32,000 nucleotides of DNA from Gemmata obscuriglobus (GTDB taxonomy: Bacteria > Planctomycetota > Planctomycetia > Gemmatales > Gemmataceae). A model generated the notes under the pieces. It was not told where the DNA came from, did not search any database, and worked only from the letters and a program-made list of their open reading frames with translations. Position 1 is the stretch's first letter; every line of letters starts with the position of its first letter. The stretch is from the NCBI RefSeq assembly GCF_008065095.1, contig NZ_CP042911.1:540001-572000 (forward strand), read 5' to 3'. A program made the position numbers and the translations under genes. Positions 1 through 9,299 of the stretch are shown piece by piece.

Positions 1-466
1 ACACCGGGGTGTTGCGACCGGCATCAACTTCGTAGGGCCGAGACCATCCGCGGCGTAACGCCGCAACTCGTGGCGCTGACTCCGCGGACGAGCGGGAATG
101 AATGTACCGGAGCGCGCGTCACGCTCACCGCCCGGTTTCGTTGTGTAAAGGTGTCGGTCCGCGGCGACCACTTTCCCGCCGAACGGCGAAAACTCTCCGG
201 GTCCCTCCACGGGAGGGCGGACCCGGAAGTTCGGCGGTCACTCAACTCGGTGGGCGTTAACCGTCCGCGGCGTAACGCCGCAACTCGTGGCGCTGACCGC
301 CGCGGACCAACACCCGCAATGTAAGCGCCCGTGCTCCGTATGCAACCTCGGTGGCGGTTGTGGCTGCTCGCGGGGCCAAGCACATCCGGGCCGCAACAAC
401 CAGCCCCGACCAACCGGACCGACGCACCGAGTTCCCGCTCAAAACCCGCCCGCGTTCTACTCCTTG

Positions 467-916
467 CCCAGCACCAGATCGATGACTCAGCACCCGCGCG
501 CGTGCGGTGCCGGGCCGCGACAGTGGTCGAGAACCCGGCCGCTCTCACACCCGACATACTGGAACGCGTCGGCCAGAATCCGACTCCCCGAGGTGCGCGA
601 CCACGTCCCCCTGGAGTTGCTCCAGCAGTCAGGCGTCGGACCACGGGGACTGGGTGATGAACTTCTGCCGGGACTGCACCACACACGCGTCGATGGCCTC
701 GGCGACGTTCTCCACGCTTCGCCGATCCGCGCCCAGTAGCAGACCCCGTACGAACCAGTAGGCGTGAGCCGCCGCTTCACCCCGGCCGAACAGCAGCCCG
801 TACCGCCCCAGGAACCGGTCCAACTCGGGCTTCAACTGGCGCAGGGCCGGCACATCCACGTGCGCGCCACCCCCAACACATCCCCATGAGCACACCAAGG
901 CCTCCGCTCGTACCAC
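467..916 (-). pseudogene. Decayed IS701-like DDE transposase (N-terminal part)
   Basis: Minus-strand ORF 629..916 reads ...LDRFLGRYGLLFGRGEAAAHAYWFVRGLLLGADRRSVENVAEAIDACVVQSRQKFITQSPWSDA, the N-terminal pattern of IS701-type transposases. It stops at an in-frame TGA (629-631), after which the same frame continues LLEQLQGDVVAHLGESDS. A frameshift is then needed to read QYVGCESGRVLDHCRG and VIDLVLGKE (to about 467). Stops plus shifts indicate a pseudogene. Weaker resemblance may continue to the window start. Confidence 0.45.
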
Positions 917-989
917 GGCACCCGGATGACGTGCAGGAGCAACTGACGAGGCTCTGTAGTATTAGAACCACGCACGGAGACCGCTTGCG

Positions 990-1436
990 TCACTTCGCCT
1001 CGAACAGTTCGATCTCGAACACCAGCGTGGAGCCGGCGGGTATGATGCCCTTGTCCTCGTCGCCGTAGGCCAGGTCCGCGGGGATCCGGAGCCGCCGGAC
1101 GCCGCCCGGCTTCATCCCCGGAATGCCCTCCTGCCACCCCTTGATGAGACGGCCCAGCGGAAAGGTCGCCTTCTTCCCGCGGTCCAGGCTGCTGTCGAAT
1201 TTGGTCGCCTTATCGTCGGTGAGCCAGCCGGTGTAGTGGATCGTCACGGTCGCGCCGGGTTTCACCGCCTCGCCCGTTCCCTCCTTCACGTCCCAGATCT
1301 CCAGCCCGGACTTGGTCTTCTTCCACTCCTTCGAGTCGAGCGCCGGGCGCTCGAGCTTCTTGTCCTCACCGGCCGCGAACGGCACCACCGTGAGCGCCGC
1401 GCACACGGCGAACATCGTCGTCAGACGCATCAGCAT
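990..1436 (-). CDS. FKBP-type peptidyl-prolyl cis-trans isomerase, secreted
   Basis: 148-aa ORF with an N-terminal signal-like segment (MLMRLTTMFAVCAALTVVPFAAG). FKBP core motifs are present: VTIHYTGWL, KFDSSLDRG, FPLGRLIKGWQEGIPGMKPGGVRRLRIPADLAYG. G/C-rich third codon positions. Confidence 0.9.
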   Translation of the reverse strand: MLMRLTTMFAVCAALTVVPFAAGEDKKLERPALDSKEWKKTKSGLEIWDVKEGTGEAVKPGATVTIHYTGWLTDDKATKFDSSLDRGKKATFPLGRLIKGWQEGIPGMKPGGVRRLRIPADLAYGDEDKGIIPAGSTLVFEIELFEAK

Positions 1437-1639
1437 CCCTCCGGACCAGAAACCGAACCGGCGCCGCGCCCGCGGCCCCGTCCTGCCAGGGTACGCCGGC
1501 CTGCCTCTGGGGGCACTGCCGGGGCGCGGAAAACTCTCACCCCTTTTCGCTTGCTTCCGTGCCCGGGAGCGGGATGATGCACAGTCCGGGGCCGCACGCC
1601 CCGGACCCGTTCGCCTCCCTTCCCCGTGAGGAACATTTC

Positions 1640-2704
1640 ATGCGCACCAAGCTGCTGGCCGCCGCGCTGCTCGTCGCGTCCGCCGCCGCGGGCCGGGCCG
1701 ACGACGGCCTGACCAGGGGCACCCCCGAGGTGAAGTCCGTCACGGCCCTCGCGTTCGGCCCCAAGGGGCTGCTGCTCATCGGCGACTCCGCTGGGGCCGC
1801 GGTGTTCGCAGTGGACACCGGCGACACCAAGCCGGCCGGCGACAAGCCGCTGAACGTCGAGAAACTGGACTCCAAGATCGCCGCGGCGCTGGGCGTCACC
1901 GACAAAGACGTGAAGATCACCGACGTGCGGGTGAACCCGGCGTCCGGGAACGTGTTCGTGGGAGTCGCCCGCGGCGCCGGCGCCGGAACCCCGGCGCTGG
2001 TCAAGGTGGCCCGCGACGGCACCGTGGCCCCGTTCGCGCTGAAGGACGTGGCGTTCGCGAAGGCCACGTTTCCGAACCCGGCCACCGCGGGGGCCAAGGG
2101 CGGCGCGCCCGAGGTCATCACCCAGCTCGCGTTCGTGGACGGCAAGGTGATCGTCGCGGGGTTGTCGAGCGAGCAGTTCGCCAGCACCCTGCGCGTAATC
2201 CCGTTCCCGTTCAAAGACGTTGATAAGGGCACCGGAATTGAAATCTTCCATGCCGCACACAACGGCGCGCTCGAAACGAAATCCCCGATCCGCACCTTCG
2301 TGCCGTACAAGATCGGCCAGGAGGACCACATCATGGCCGCGTACACCTGCACCCCGCTGGTGAAGATCCCGGTGGCCGATCTGAAGGCCGGCTCGAAGGT
2401 GAAGGGCGTGACCATCGCCGAGCTGGGTAACCAAAACAAGCCGCTGGACATGATCGTTTACACGAAAGACGGCAAGGACTACGTGCTGATGGCGAACAGC
2501 CGGCACGGAATCCTGAAGCTGCCGGCCGGCGAGTTCGCGACCGCGGCCCCTCTCACCGCGGCGGTCAAGGGCGGCGGTACGGCCGGCGTAAAGGCTGAAG
2601 CCATCAAGGAACTGGCCGACGTGGTGCAACTCGACAAGCTGAACGACACCCAAGCCCTCCTTCTGCTCAAGAGCGGCGACCTGAAGACGATCCCGCTGCC
2701 GTAA
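1640..2704 (+). CDS. Secreted hypothetical protein
   Basis: ATG at 1640 is preceded by GAGGAA. Signal peptide MRTKLLAAALLVASAAAGRA. 354 aa with strong GC3 bias. No family recognised by eye. The 5' extension to 1559 in the ORF track has no RBS. Confidence 0.7.
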   Translation: MRTKLLAAALLVASAAAGRADDGLTRGTPEVKSVTALAFGPKGLLLIGDSAGAAVFAVDTGDTKPAGDKPLNVEKLDSKIAAALGVTDKDVKITDVRVNPASGNVFVGVARGAGAGTPALVKVARDGTVAPFALKDVAFAKATFPNPATAGAKGGAPEVITQLAFVDGKVIVAGLSSEQFASTLRVIPFPFKDVDKGTGIEIFHAAHNGALETKSPIRTFVPYKIGQEDHIMAAYTCTPLVKIPVADLKAGSKVKGVTIAELGNQNKPLDMIVYTKDGKDYVLMANSRHGILKLPAGEFATAAPLTAAVKGGGTAGVKAEAIKELADVVQLDKLNDTQALLLLKSGDLKTIPLP

Positions 2705-2832
2705 CGGTTCGCTGCCCGGCTCGGTCCGGTCCGAGTTCGGTCACGGCTACCCCGCTTGCGTCAGCAGGCGGGGCCATCTCCCCGTAACGCCACTCCTCAA
2801 TTCACGTCTCGCGAATGCGGAACGGGTTCGGC

Positions 2833-3384
2833 TCACACCGGCGGCTCGTCGGTCGCGGTGTCGTCCTCGGGCGGCTTTAAGCCCGGGACGCGAGCGTTCA
2901 GCCTTTGCTGCCGGTGGACCGCCAGGTCGCGTTGCAGCTTCGTCTCGTGGTCGGCCCGGAGCTCCTTGTACCGCGCCATCCAGTACGTTCGCGTCGCCCA
3001 GAAGTCCTTTACGGCCAGGCACACGGCGACGAACACCAGCCCCATCACCACGCTCCAGTACACCGCCACGAGTCGGGCGAACTGCTTGCCCTCCGCCGGT
3101 CGCGGGTCGTCGGCTCCGTCCGGGAGCGCGGGCCGGTCGCGCTCGGGGATGGCGTCCATGCGGGCGTCCATCCCGGAGACGTAGTACCCCGCGATCAGCG
3201 CGCCGATGAGGACCAGGATCGCGGACGTGACGGTGCGGCGCCGGGCCAGCCCGCGGCGGTACGCCCGGTCCACGTCCGGCAGGAACGGCTCCGCGCCGAG
3301 CGCGCGCAGCGTCTGCCGTTGCCGCGCGCCCGTGAACAGCCCGACCAGTACCAAGCCCGCCGCGAGGAGCAGTCCACCGGTCAC
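2833..3384 (-). CDS. Hypothetical membrane protein (about 3 hydrophobic segments)
   Basis: GTG start with GGAAGG upstream. Hydrophobic stretches GGLLLAAGLVLVGLF, AILVLIGALIAGYYV and VVMGLVFVAVCLAV. GC3-rich. No family recognised. Confidence 0.6.
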   Translation of the reverse strand: MTGGLLLAAGLVLVGLFTGARQRQTLRALGAEPFLPDVDRAYRRGLARRRTVTSAILVLIGALIAGYYVSGMDARMDAIPERDRPALPDGADDPRPAEGKQFARLVAVYWSVVMGLVFVAVCLAVKDFWATRTYWMARYKELRADHETKLQRDLAVHRQQRLNARVPGLKPPEDDTATDEPPV

Positions 3385-3444
3385 GGGATCACCTTCCGTC
3401 TTGAGGGCGCTCGGTTACGGTTCGGCGGCCGGCCGCGTCCGCGC

Positions 3445-4677
3445 TCACTTCAACTCGAAGCAGAGCAGTTCCTTTTCGTCGCGCAGGTAGAGCCGCCCGT
3501 CCACGAGCGCCGGGTGCGCCCAGGTGTTCCCGCACGCCTTGCTTTTGGCCAGTTCCTTGAACTCCTTCGGGTTCGCCTCGAACAGAGTTACCGCGCCGGC
3601 GTCGTCGAGCATCAGGAGCGTTTCCTTGCCCGCGGGGCCGCACTTCACGATCGCCGCGTGGTACTTGCCGACGTTCTTCTTCTCCCACGCCACCTTCCCG
3701 GTCTTCAGTTCGACGCACCGGAGCGTGATCGTCGGGTTGCTGAACGACACGGTGCCGTTCACCATGTACAGGTAGTCGCCGACCGCCACGGGGGTCGAGA
3801 AGTAGCACGTGAGCGGCTTGCTGAACCACTCCTGCTTGGTGGCGTACTTGCCGCCGCTCTCGGTGACCTTCAGCCCGATCGCGCCGCCGGTCACGGTGCT
3901 GCCGATGACCAGGTCGCCCACCACGAGCGGGGTGGCGGACGACTCGATCAGGTCGCCCACCTTGCCCTCGAAGGGAACGGCCCACAGCTTCTCGCCCGTT
4001 TCGGACAGCCCGAGCAGGTTCCCGCCGGTGAGGAACACGAGCTGCTTGCCGGCCCGCACGGGGGACGAGTAGCTGGCGGCCTCGTCGGTCGCCTTCCACG
4101 CCGGTTTGCCGGTCTTGGCCTCGAGCGCCACGACGCCGGCGCCCTTACCGCCCACCAGCAGGATCACCTGATCGTTGACCACCAGCGGCGAGGTCGAGAC
4201 GCCGAAGAACAGGTTCTTGGCGTTGAACTCCTTCAGGGTGTCCACCTTCCACTCGAGCGCGCCGGTTTTGGCGTCCCAGCACGCGGCGATCCCGGTGCCC
4301 CCGTAGGTGAACACCTTCCCGTTGCTGACCGCGGGGGTGCCGCGCGGACCGTTGCCGAACAGCGGCTTGAACTCGGCCCGGTCGTAGCTCTTTTCCCACT
4401 TCAGTTCGCCGGTCTTGGCGTCGAACGCGGCGAGCGCGTCGGCGTTCTTCCCCTTCGGTTGGTAGAAGGCGTACACGAGTCCGTCCGCGACCACCGGGGA
4501 ACTGTGCGCCTCGCCGACCGGTTGCTTCCAGAGCGGCTTGAGGGGGGCGGCCCACGGCGCCACGGACTCGGGGGTGCTGCCGTCGCGGTTCGGCCCGAGG
4601 AACTGCGGCCAGTCGGCGGCGGAAAGCGTGAGCGCAGGGGCGAACGCGAGGGCGAGCGCGGCAAGGGAGCGTATCAT
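3445..4677 (-). CDS. PQQ-like / BamB-type beta-propeller repeat protein, secreted
   Basis: ATG is preceded by GGAGG. Signal peptide MIRSLAALALAFAPALTLSA. Recurrent blade motifs: ADGLVYAF, DAKTGELKWE, SNGKVFTYG, DAKTGALEWK, EAKTGKPAWK, ELKTGKVAWE, VDGRLYLRD. Confidence 0.85.
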   Translation of the reverse strand: MIRSLAALALAFAPALTLSAADWPQFLGPNRDGSTPESVAPWAAPLKPLWKQPVGEAHSSPVVADGLVYAFYQPKGKNADALAAFDAKTGELKWEKSYDRAEFKPLFGNGPRGTPAVSNGKVFTYGGTGIAACWDAKTGALEWKVDTLKEFNAKNLFFGVSTSPLVVNDQVILLVGGKGAGVVALEAKTGKPAWKATDEAASYSSPVRAGKQLVFLTGGNLLGLSETGEKLWAVPFEGKVGDLIESSATPLVVGDLVIGSTVTGGAIGLKVTESGGKYATKQEWFSKPLTCYFSTPVAVGDYLYMVNGTVSFSNPTITLRCVELKTGKVAWEKKNVGKYHAAIVKCGPAGKETLLMLDDAGAVTLFEANPKEFKELAKSKACGNTWAHPALVDGRLYLRDEKELLCFELK

Positions 4678-4702
4678 CGGACCTCCTGCGAACCGAGCGG
4701 CG

Positions 4703-5185
4703 TCAGCCCCCGGAGGGTGTGACGACGCTCAGGGGAACCCGTGTCACCGGCGGTGTCATGGTATCCGCACCGTCCGGGCGCGGCCGCGCGTTGAGGAAAT
4801 GGTGCAGGGGGGCGTAGTTCCACCCGGTGCCGTGCGCGTCCGCGATCCGCTTGAGTGCGGCGAGCGACTCCTCCGTGATCTCGCTCATGCGCGGTTCATA
4901 CGTCGGGTCGCAGAAGTAGATACGGCACCCGAGCGGGCGGTTTTCACGAGCGCTGCAGAGCCCGTCGATCTGGAACGGACAGCCGTCGCGGGACACGGGC
5001 TGCTCGTAGCGTGGGGCGCGTTCGAGCAGGATTTCGGCCTCGAACGCGCTGATGAAGAGCGTGTGCCCGTACTCGGTGAACCGGCAGCACCGCCCGGACG
5101 CGTCGCACCGCGGCGCGGCGGCGCTTACAGCCGCGTCCGCCGCCGCGTACACCGCCAGCACCTCACTCCGCACGTCGTCAGTCAT
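4703..5185 (-). CDS. YkgJ-family Cys-cluster (CxxCxxCC-type, UPF0153) protein
   Basis: ATG start. CDASGRCCRF near the N-terminus and a second Cys-rich half (GCPFQIDGLCSARENRPLGCRIYFC). Confidence 0.75.
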   Translation of the reverse strand: MTDDVRSEVLAVYAAADAAVSAAAPRCDASGRCCRFTEYGHTLFISAFEAEILLERAPRYEQPVSRDGCPFQIDGLCSARENRPLGCRIYFCDPTYEPRMSEITEESLAALKRIADAHGTGWNYAPLHHFLNARPRPDGADTMTPPVTRVPLSVVTPSGG

Positions 5186-5201
5186 TGATGAGGTCGTCCC
5201 A

Positions 5202-5324
5202 AAGAGGTTTCACCGCAGAGGGCGCGTGAGGGCGCAGAGAGAAGAATGAAGACCGCGTGAGAGCTCTTTCATACTTTGCATTTTCTCTCTGCGCCCTCAC
5301 GCGCCCTCTGCGGTGAAACCTCTT
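5202..5324. repeat. REP-like palindrome: perfect 42-bp inverted repeat, 39-bp spacer
   Basis: 5202..5243 (aagaggtttcaccgcagagggcgcgtgagggcgcagagagaa) is the exact reverse complement of 5283..5324. It is intergenic between two same-strand ykgJ-like genes. Confidence 0.9.
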
Positions 5325-5363
5325 ATTTCTTCTCGACTGAGGGGCTGCCACCCACGCGGCCCC

Positions 5364-5801
5364 TCACATCTTGATGACCTTGAGCCGGCGGGAAATCTCT
5401 TCGACCGGAATGACCTCGCCTCGGCCCGAGCCCGGGCAGATGTCGCAGGTGCGCTTCCAGTCCTCGGGGGTTTCGACGTTGCTCTCCCAGAACGGCCACG
5501 TGCGGCACTGGGCGGGGCGCACGCCGTACACGGTGCAGCCCCGCTTGGCGTCGAGCAGGACGCAGTCGCCGTTGGGCCGCTCGCGGAGCGTGCGGCGCCC
5601 GCGTGCGCGGCGGGTGAGGCGGTCGCGGGCCTCGTCCACCGGCTCGCCGAGTTTCGCGGCGATCGCGGCGAGTTCCTCGTCGGTGACCCACACGAACCCG
5701 GGCGCGCCGGTGCAGCAGTCCCCGCACTGGGTGCACTCGAACGCCAGCCCGTCCTTGTACCACGGCCCCGGTTCGGCCCCGCCGGTTTGACTGTCTGCCA
5801 C
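5364..5801 (-). CDS. YkgJ-family Cys-cluster (CxxCxxCC) protein
   Basis: FECTQCGDCCTG motif plus DCVLLD, RGCTVYGVRPAQCRTWPFW and CDICPG. I prefer the GTG at 5801 (GGGAGAG RBS just upstream) over the TTG at 5813 used in the ORF track. Confidence 0.8.
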   Translation of the reverse strand: MADSQTGGAEPGPWYKDGLAFECTQCGDCCTGAPGFVWVTDEELAAIAAKLGEPVDEARDRLTRRARGRRTLRERPNGDCVLLDAKRGCTVYGVRPAQCRTWPFWESNVETPEDWKRTCDICPGSGRGEVIPVEEISRRLKVIKM

Positions 5802-5953
5802 GTTCTCTCCCAAACTTCGGGCGCAATGGATGTGATGATACCGCGCCCGCGGGCCGCAACCAACGGACCAAGCTGTTCGTCTAGCGTCCGTTGCGCTTTT
5901 TTGCTACACCAACACTTCGGCGTCTGGTCCGCCCCATACAACCTGGTCCCGTG

Positions 5954-6952
5954 ATGACTCCACAGTTCGGGGTAGCTCTCCGCGGCACGGGCAGCGCCCT
6001 ACCCACCCGCGTCGTCCCCAACCAAGAGTTCACCGACGTTCTGGGATTGGACACGTCCGACGAGTGGATCCGCACCCGCACCGGCATCCGCGAGCGCCGG
6101 TTCGCCGGCCCCGGCGACACCTCGGCCACGCTCGGCACCGCCGCCGCCCGCGCCGCCCTCGCGTCCGCCGGGCTGACCGCCGCCGACCTCGACCTGATCG
6201 TGTGCGCCACCGTCACCCCGGACCTGATGTGCCCGGCCACCGCGGCGCTGATTCAGGCGGGACTGGGCACCCGCCCGATCCCCGCGTTCGACCTCAGCGC
6301 CGCGTGCTCGGGGTTCCTGTACGCCCTGTCGGTGGGGGCGCAGTTCATTTACACCGGGGCGGCCCGGCACGCGCTGCTCGTCGGGGCCGACGTGCTGTCC
6401 CGGACCCTCGACTTCACCGACCGCAACTCGTGCATCCTGTTCGGCGACGGGGCCGGGGCGGTGGTGCTGAGCGCCGCCCCGCCGGCCGACAACAGCATCC
6501 GCGCGCTGCGGCTCTACTGCGACGGCTCGCGCCAGGAGCTGATCCAGGTGCCGAGCAAGGTCACCCCCACCCCGCCGCCCGGCACGTCCCTGCCGCGGCT
6601 CGATCACATCCGGATCAGCGGGCGCGAGGTGTTCCGGTTCGCCGTCACGCGGATGGTGGAACTCATCGAGCGGGCCGAACACGACGTGTGCGAACTGGGG
6701 CTGCCCGGGGTCGACGTGCTGATCCCCCACCAGGTGAACCAGCGGATCATCGATGCGGCGCTGGAATCGACCGGGTTCCCGCGGGACAAGGTGATGGTGA
6801 ACCTGGACCGGTACGGGAACACGTCGGCCGCGAGCGTGCCGATCGCGCTCGACGAGGCGCTCCGGACGGGCCGGTGCAAGCGCGGGGACACGGTGCTGCT
6901 GGTCGCGTTCGGCGGCGGGCTGACGTGGAGCAGCGCGCTCGTGACCCTTTAA
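5954..6952 (+). CDS. fabH: Beta-ketoacyl-ACP synthase III
   Basis: DEWIRTRTGIRERR; active-site Cys context FDLSAACSGFLYAL; His context LIPHQVNQRII; Asn context YGNTSAASVPIAL; C-terminal FGGGLTW. ATG at 5954; the track ORF starts upstream at a TTG. Confidence 0.93.
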   Translation: MTPQFGVALRGTGSALPTRVVPNQEFTDVLGLDTSDEWIRTRTGIRERRFAGPGDTSATLGTAAARAALASAGLTAADLDLIVCATVTPDLMCPATAALIQAGLGTRPIPAFDLSAACSGFLYALSVGAQFIYTGAARHALLVGADVLSRTLDFTDRNSCILFGDGAGAVVLSAAPPADNSIRALRLYCDGSRQELIQVPSKVTPTPPPGTSLPRLDHIRISGREVFRFAVTRMVELIERAEHDVCELGLPGVDVLIPHQVNQRIIDAALESTGFPRDKVMVNLDRYGNTSAASVPIALDEALRTGRCKRGDTVLLVAFGGGLTWSSALVTL

Positions 6953-6970
6953 CCGGCAGAGGACGGCGGG

Positions 6971-7363
6971 GTGAGTGCCACCTTCAGCGCGGTGTTCGAG
7001 TCGGCGGTTCTGCCCCACGGCACGCTCGGCGGCGACAACCCGCAACTGCTTCGCACGCGCGAATCGCTCGACCGGCTGGCGACGAAGAACGGGCTGACGT
7101 CGCTGCTGGCGTTCGAGAGCTACGCCCCCGAGGACGTGGCCGGACTCATAGACGACGAACGGCTCGCCGAACTGCCGCCCGCGGTGTGGTTCCCGGCAGC
7201 GGCCGGGGTCGCGGCGGTCAACGCTCTGTACGAGTACCTGGAATCGCACCCCGGAGCGTTCTCCCGGCCGGCCGAGGTGATGGCCGAGTTGTCCAACCTG
7301 GGAGACGAACTGGAAGCGGCGGCCCGCGCCGGCGTCCGCTTCCGACTCGCGGTCGTGATGTGA
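6971..7363 (+). CDS. Hypothetical protein
   Basis: GTG start 18 nt after the fabH stop. 130 aa, GC3-rich, not low-complexity. No family recognised. Confidence 0.5.
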   Translation: MSATFSAVFESAVLPHGTLGGDNPQLLRTRESLDRLATKNGLTSLLAFESYAPEDVAGLIDDERLAELPPAVWFPAAAGVAAVNALYEYLESHPGAFSRPAEVMAELSNLGDELEAAARAGVRFRLAVVM

Positions 7364-7839
7364 CGCATCCGGCCGCTCCTCTCGTTCGATCGGCAATGCC
7401 GCTCGCCTCGATCGATTCGCGTGTAAGGTATTACTCAGCAAGGCTTTGTCCTCTGATCCGTGTCTGTTCTCGCTACTCACATTTGGCTGACCGTAACCCT
7501 GTTCCTGGGGCTCAAAGGCCGGGATTCGGTGGTAGCAGCACCCCAGCGAACGGCCAGCTCCTGACCAGTCGGACGGTAGCGAATGTCCAGTCGGCGCCCC
7601 GTCGGTGGTAGCCCGTGCGGTCGTGTAACCCCCGTTACAGCGCCGGCAAGTCGGAAGCGACGACGCCTCCGGACAGGCTTCAACCACCGGCTCTGCCGCG
7701 GTCCGTACCGCACAACGCTTCCAACCGGTGCCGAACGCTCAGGTCAGCAGCCCGCTCTTGACCGCTACCCTTTGCGCCGCGAACGGACACCCGACGTAGC
7801 CGGAAGCCATACACGGCTGATGGCAAGCGGTGGATCTGG

Positions 7840-7868
7840 TTATTGCTCCCCCAACCCGTCGCTATCAT
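7840..7868 (+). promoter_or_regulatory. Candidate sigma70-like promoter for the KAP/NACHT pair
   Basis: TTATTG (7840-7845), a 17-nt spacer, then TATCAT (7863-7868), 22 nt upstream of the ATG at 7890. The short leader contains GGAGGAGGAG. Pattern match only; promoter rules in this lineage are poorly known. Confidence 0.2.
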
Positions 7869-7889
7869 GCACGGGGAGGAGGAGCACGA

Positions 7890-9299
7890 ATGTCTGCGCC
7901 CACATTCCTGTCCGACGAGCCTACACTGACAGACCTGCTCACCCGCATGGACCTCGTCCGGCAGGTAGGCGACACGGCCGCCGGTTGCCACCCACCGTGC
8001 GTGCTCGGCGTGCATGGCGACTGGGGTGCCGGAAAGACCAGCTTCCTCCACATCCTCCACCACTACCTCACCGGCACCTGTCCACCGCTCGACGGGCTCG
8101 ACCGTGGTGTGGTGATGACCGAGCATTGGCCGCAAGAATGGCAACCGAAAGACCACGTTGCGGTAATCTGGTTCGAGGCGTGGCGGTATCAACACGAGCC
8201 CGCGCCAGTAGTCGCGCTGCTGCACGAGATTCGCGCGCAACTGCCTACCGCCAGCAAACTGTTCGATTCGGCCAAGAAGATTGGCGAGGTGTCGGTCAAG
8301 TCCGCACTGTTTGCGATGGAGTGGCTCACCAAGCGGGTCGGGGTGCAGGCTTCCAAGGTACAAGAGATCGGCGAGAAATGGGAGAAAGAACATTTCGCCG
8401 AGCAACTTCCCTCGCACACGCTCCGCCAGTTCCTTGAAGACACCCTGCGCCGCCTGCTCCCGCAGGTCAACAGCGCCCGCGTGGTGGTGCTGATCGACGA
8501 CCTGGACCGGTGCGAGGCTCAGGCCGCGTATCGGTTGCTGGAGGGCATCAAAATCTATCTGAACCTGCCGAATTGCGTGTTTGTATTGGGCGTTAATCAG
8601 ACAGTAATTGAGCAGAGCTTGGCAGAGCAGATGGCCAAAGAAAAGGCCGAGAAACCGAGCGATGAAGCCCGGCTCCGTGCCCGCGACTACATGGACAAGA
8701 TCTGCAAGAATTATTGGCACTTGCCTGCGTGCGCCAATTTTGAGGCGCTCGTGAACCGGTGGCTCCGGGACGCCGGCGTGGCCGATTTGGCAGCGAAAGA
8801 CGGGCAGAAACTTGCGCCGGGCACGCTGGGGTTACTGATTCAGCAGCACAAGTGTCTGCCAGCGAACCCGCGACGGATCAAATCGTTCGTGAACACCTTG
8901 GCACGGTTCCTCGCGCACGCCGCCCGGTCCGGTTCGTTGGACACCCCTGTGCCCGAGTTGTGTGTAGTGCTCGCGTACCTGCACCAGTTTAACCCAGAAC
9001 TGTATCGAGTGCTGGAATGGCACGGCCAAGAGTTTTTTAACCTCATCGCGCAGTGGTGTGAGAACCCCGGGATAACGGCTACTCACGACCTGTTCAAGGA
9101 TCTGAAGCCAGCGGACGTGCCGGGTGCCGCTGCTGCGGCGCCGACGCCCGGCGCCGCAGCGTTCCCGTCCACGTTTCCGGACCCAGCTCGGGGAAACGTA
9201 TTCCGCATCCAGTCGCTTGTCCGGTTCCTGAAGAGCCAAGCGTCGCCCGGTCTCACCACCGACATTTTTAAGCAGTGCCTGATCCGGGGGGCTGTATGA
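7890..9299 (+). CDS. KAP-family P-loop NTPase (soluble; no TM insert)
   Basis: ATG at 7890 with a GGAGGAGGAG RBS. Walker A is GVHGDWGAGKTSF. FEAWRYQ box. Walker B is VVVLIDDLDRCE followed by LLEGIKIYLNLPNCVFVLGVN. YMDKICKNYWHLP and NPRRIKSFVNT are present. These are the hallmark blocks of KAP NTPases (Pfam PF07693). No long hydrophobic segment lies between Walker A and B. Confidence 0.9.
   Translation: MSAPTFLSDEPTLTDLLTRMDLVRQVGDTAAGCHPPCVLGVHGDWGAGKTSFLHILHHYLTGTCPPLDGLDRGVVMTEHWPQEWQPKDHVAVIWFEAWRYQHEPAPVVALLHEIRAQLPTASKLFDSAKKIGEVSVKSALFAMEWLTKRVGVQASKVQEIGEKWEKEHFAEQLPSHTLRQFLEDTLRRLLPQVNSARVVVLIDDLDRCEAQAAYRLLEGIKIYLNLPNCVFVLGVNQTVIEQSLAEQMAKEKAEKPSDEARLRARDYMDKICKNYWHLPACANFEALVNRWLRDAGVADLAAKDGQKLAPGTLGLLIQQHKCLPANPRRIKSFVNTLARFLAHAARSGSLDTPVPELCVVLAYLHQFNPELYRVLEWHGQEFFNLIAQWCENPGITATHDLFKDLKPADVPGAAAAAPTPGAAAFPSTFPDPARGNVFRIQSLVRFLKSQASPGLTTDIFKQCLIRGAV

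Noticed and set aside
1430-2653. 407-aa minus-strand ORF (and 1537..2451) opposite the secreted-protein gene
   Set aside because: Arg/Gly/His/Asp-rich low-complexity translation typical of antisense frames in high-G+C DNA. The plus-strand frame has a signal peptide, an RBS and normal composition.
2905-4722. 605-aa plus-strand ORF spanning the membrane-protein and PQQ-propeller genes
   Set aside because: Arg/Pro/Gly/Glu-rich with no motifs. It is antisense to two ORFs with clear signal peptide, RBS and repeat motifs.
5999-7687. 562-aa minus-strand ORF and 515-aa plus-strand ORF (6064..7611) over fabH
   Set aside because: Off-frame or antisense to an unmistakable FabH reading frame. The translations are Arg/Gly/Pro low complexity.
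7583-8720. ORFs 7583..8437 (+) and 7680..8720 (-) overlapping the KAP gene
   Set aside because: They have no motifs and a biased composition. The KAP frame carries all the family hallmark blocks and a strong RBS.
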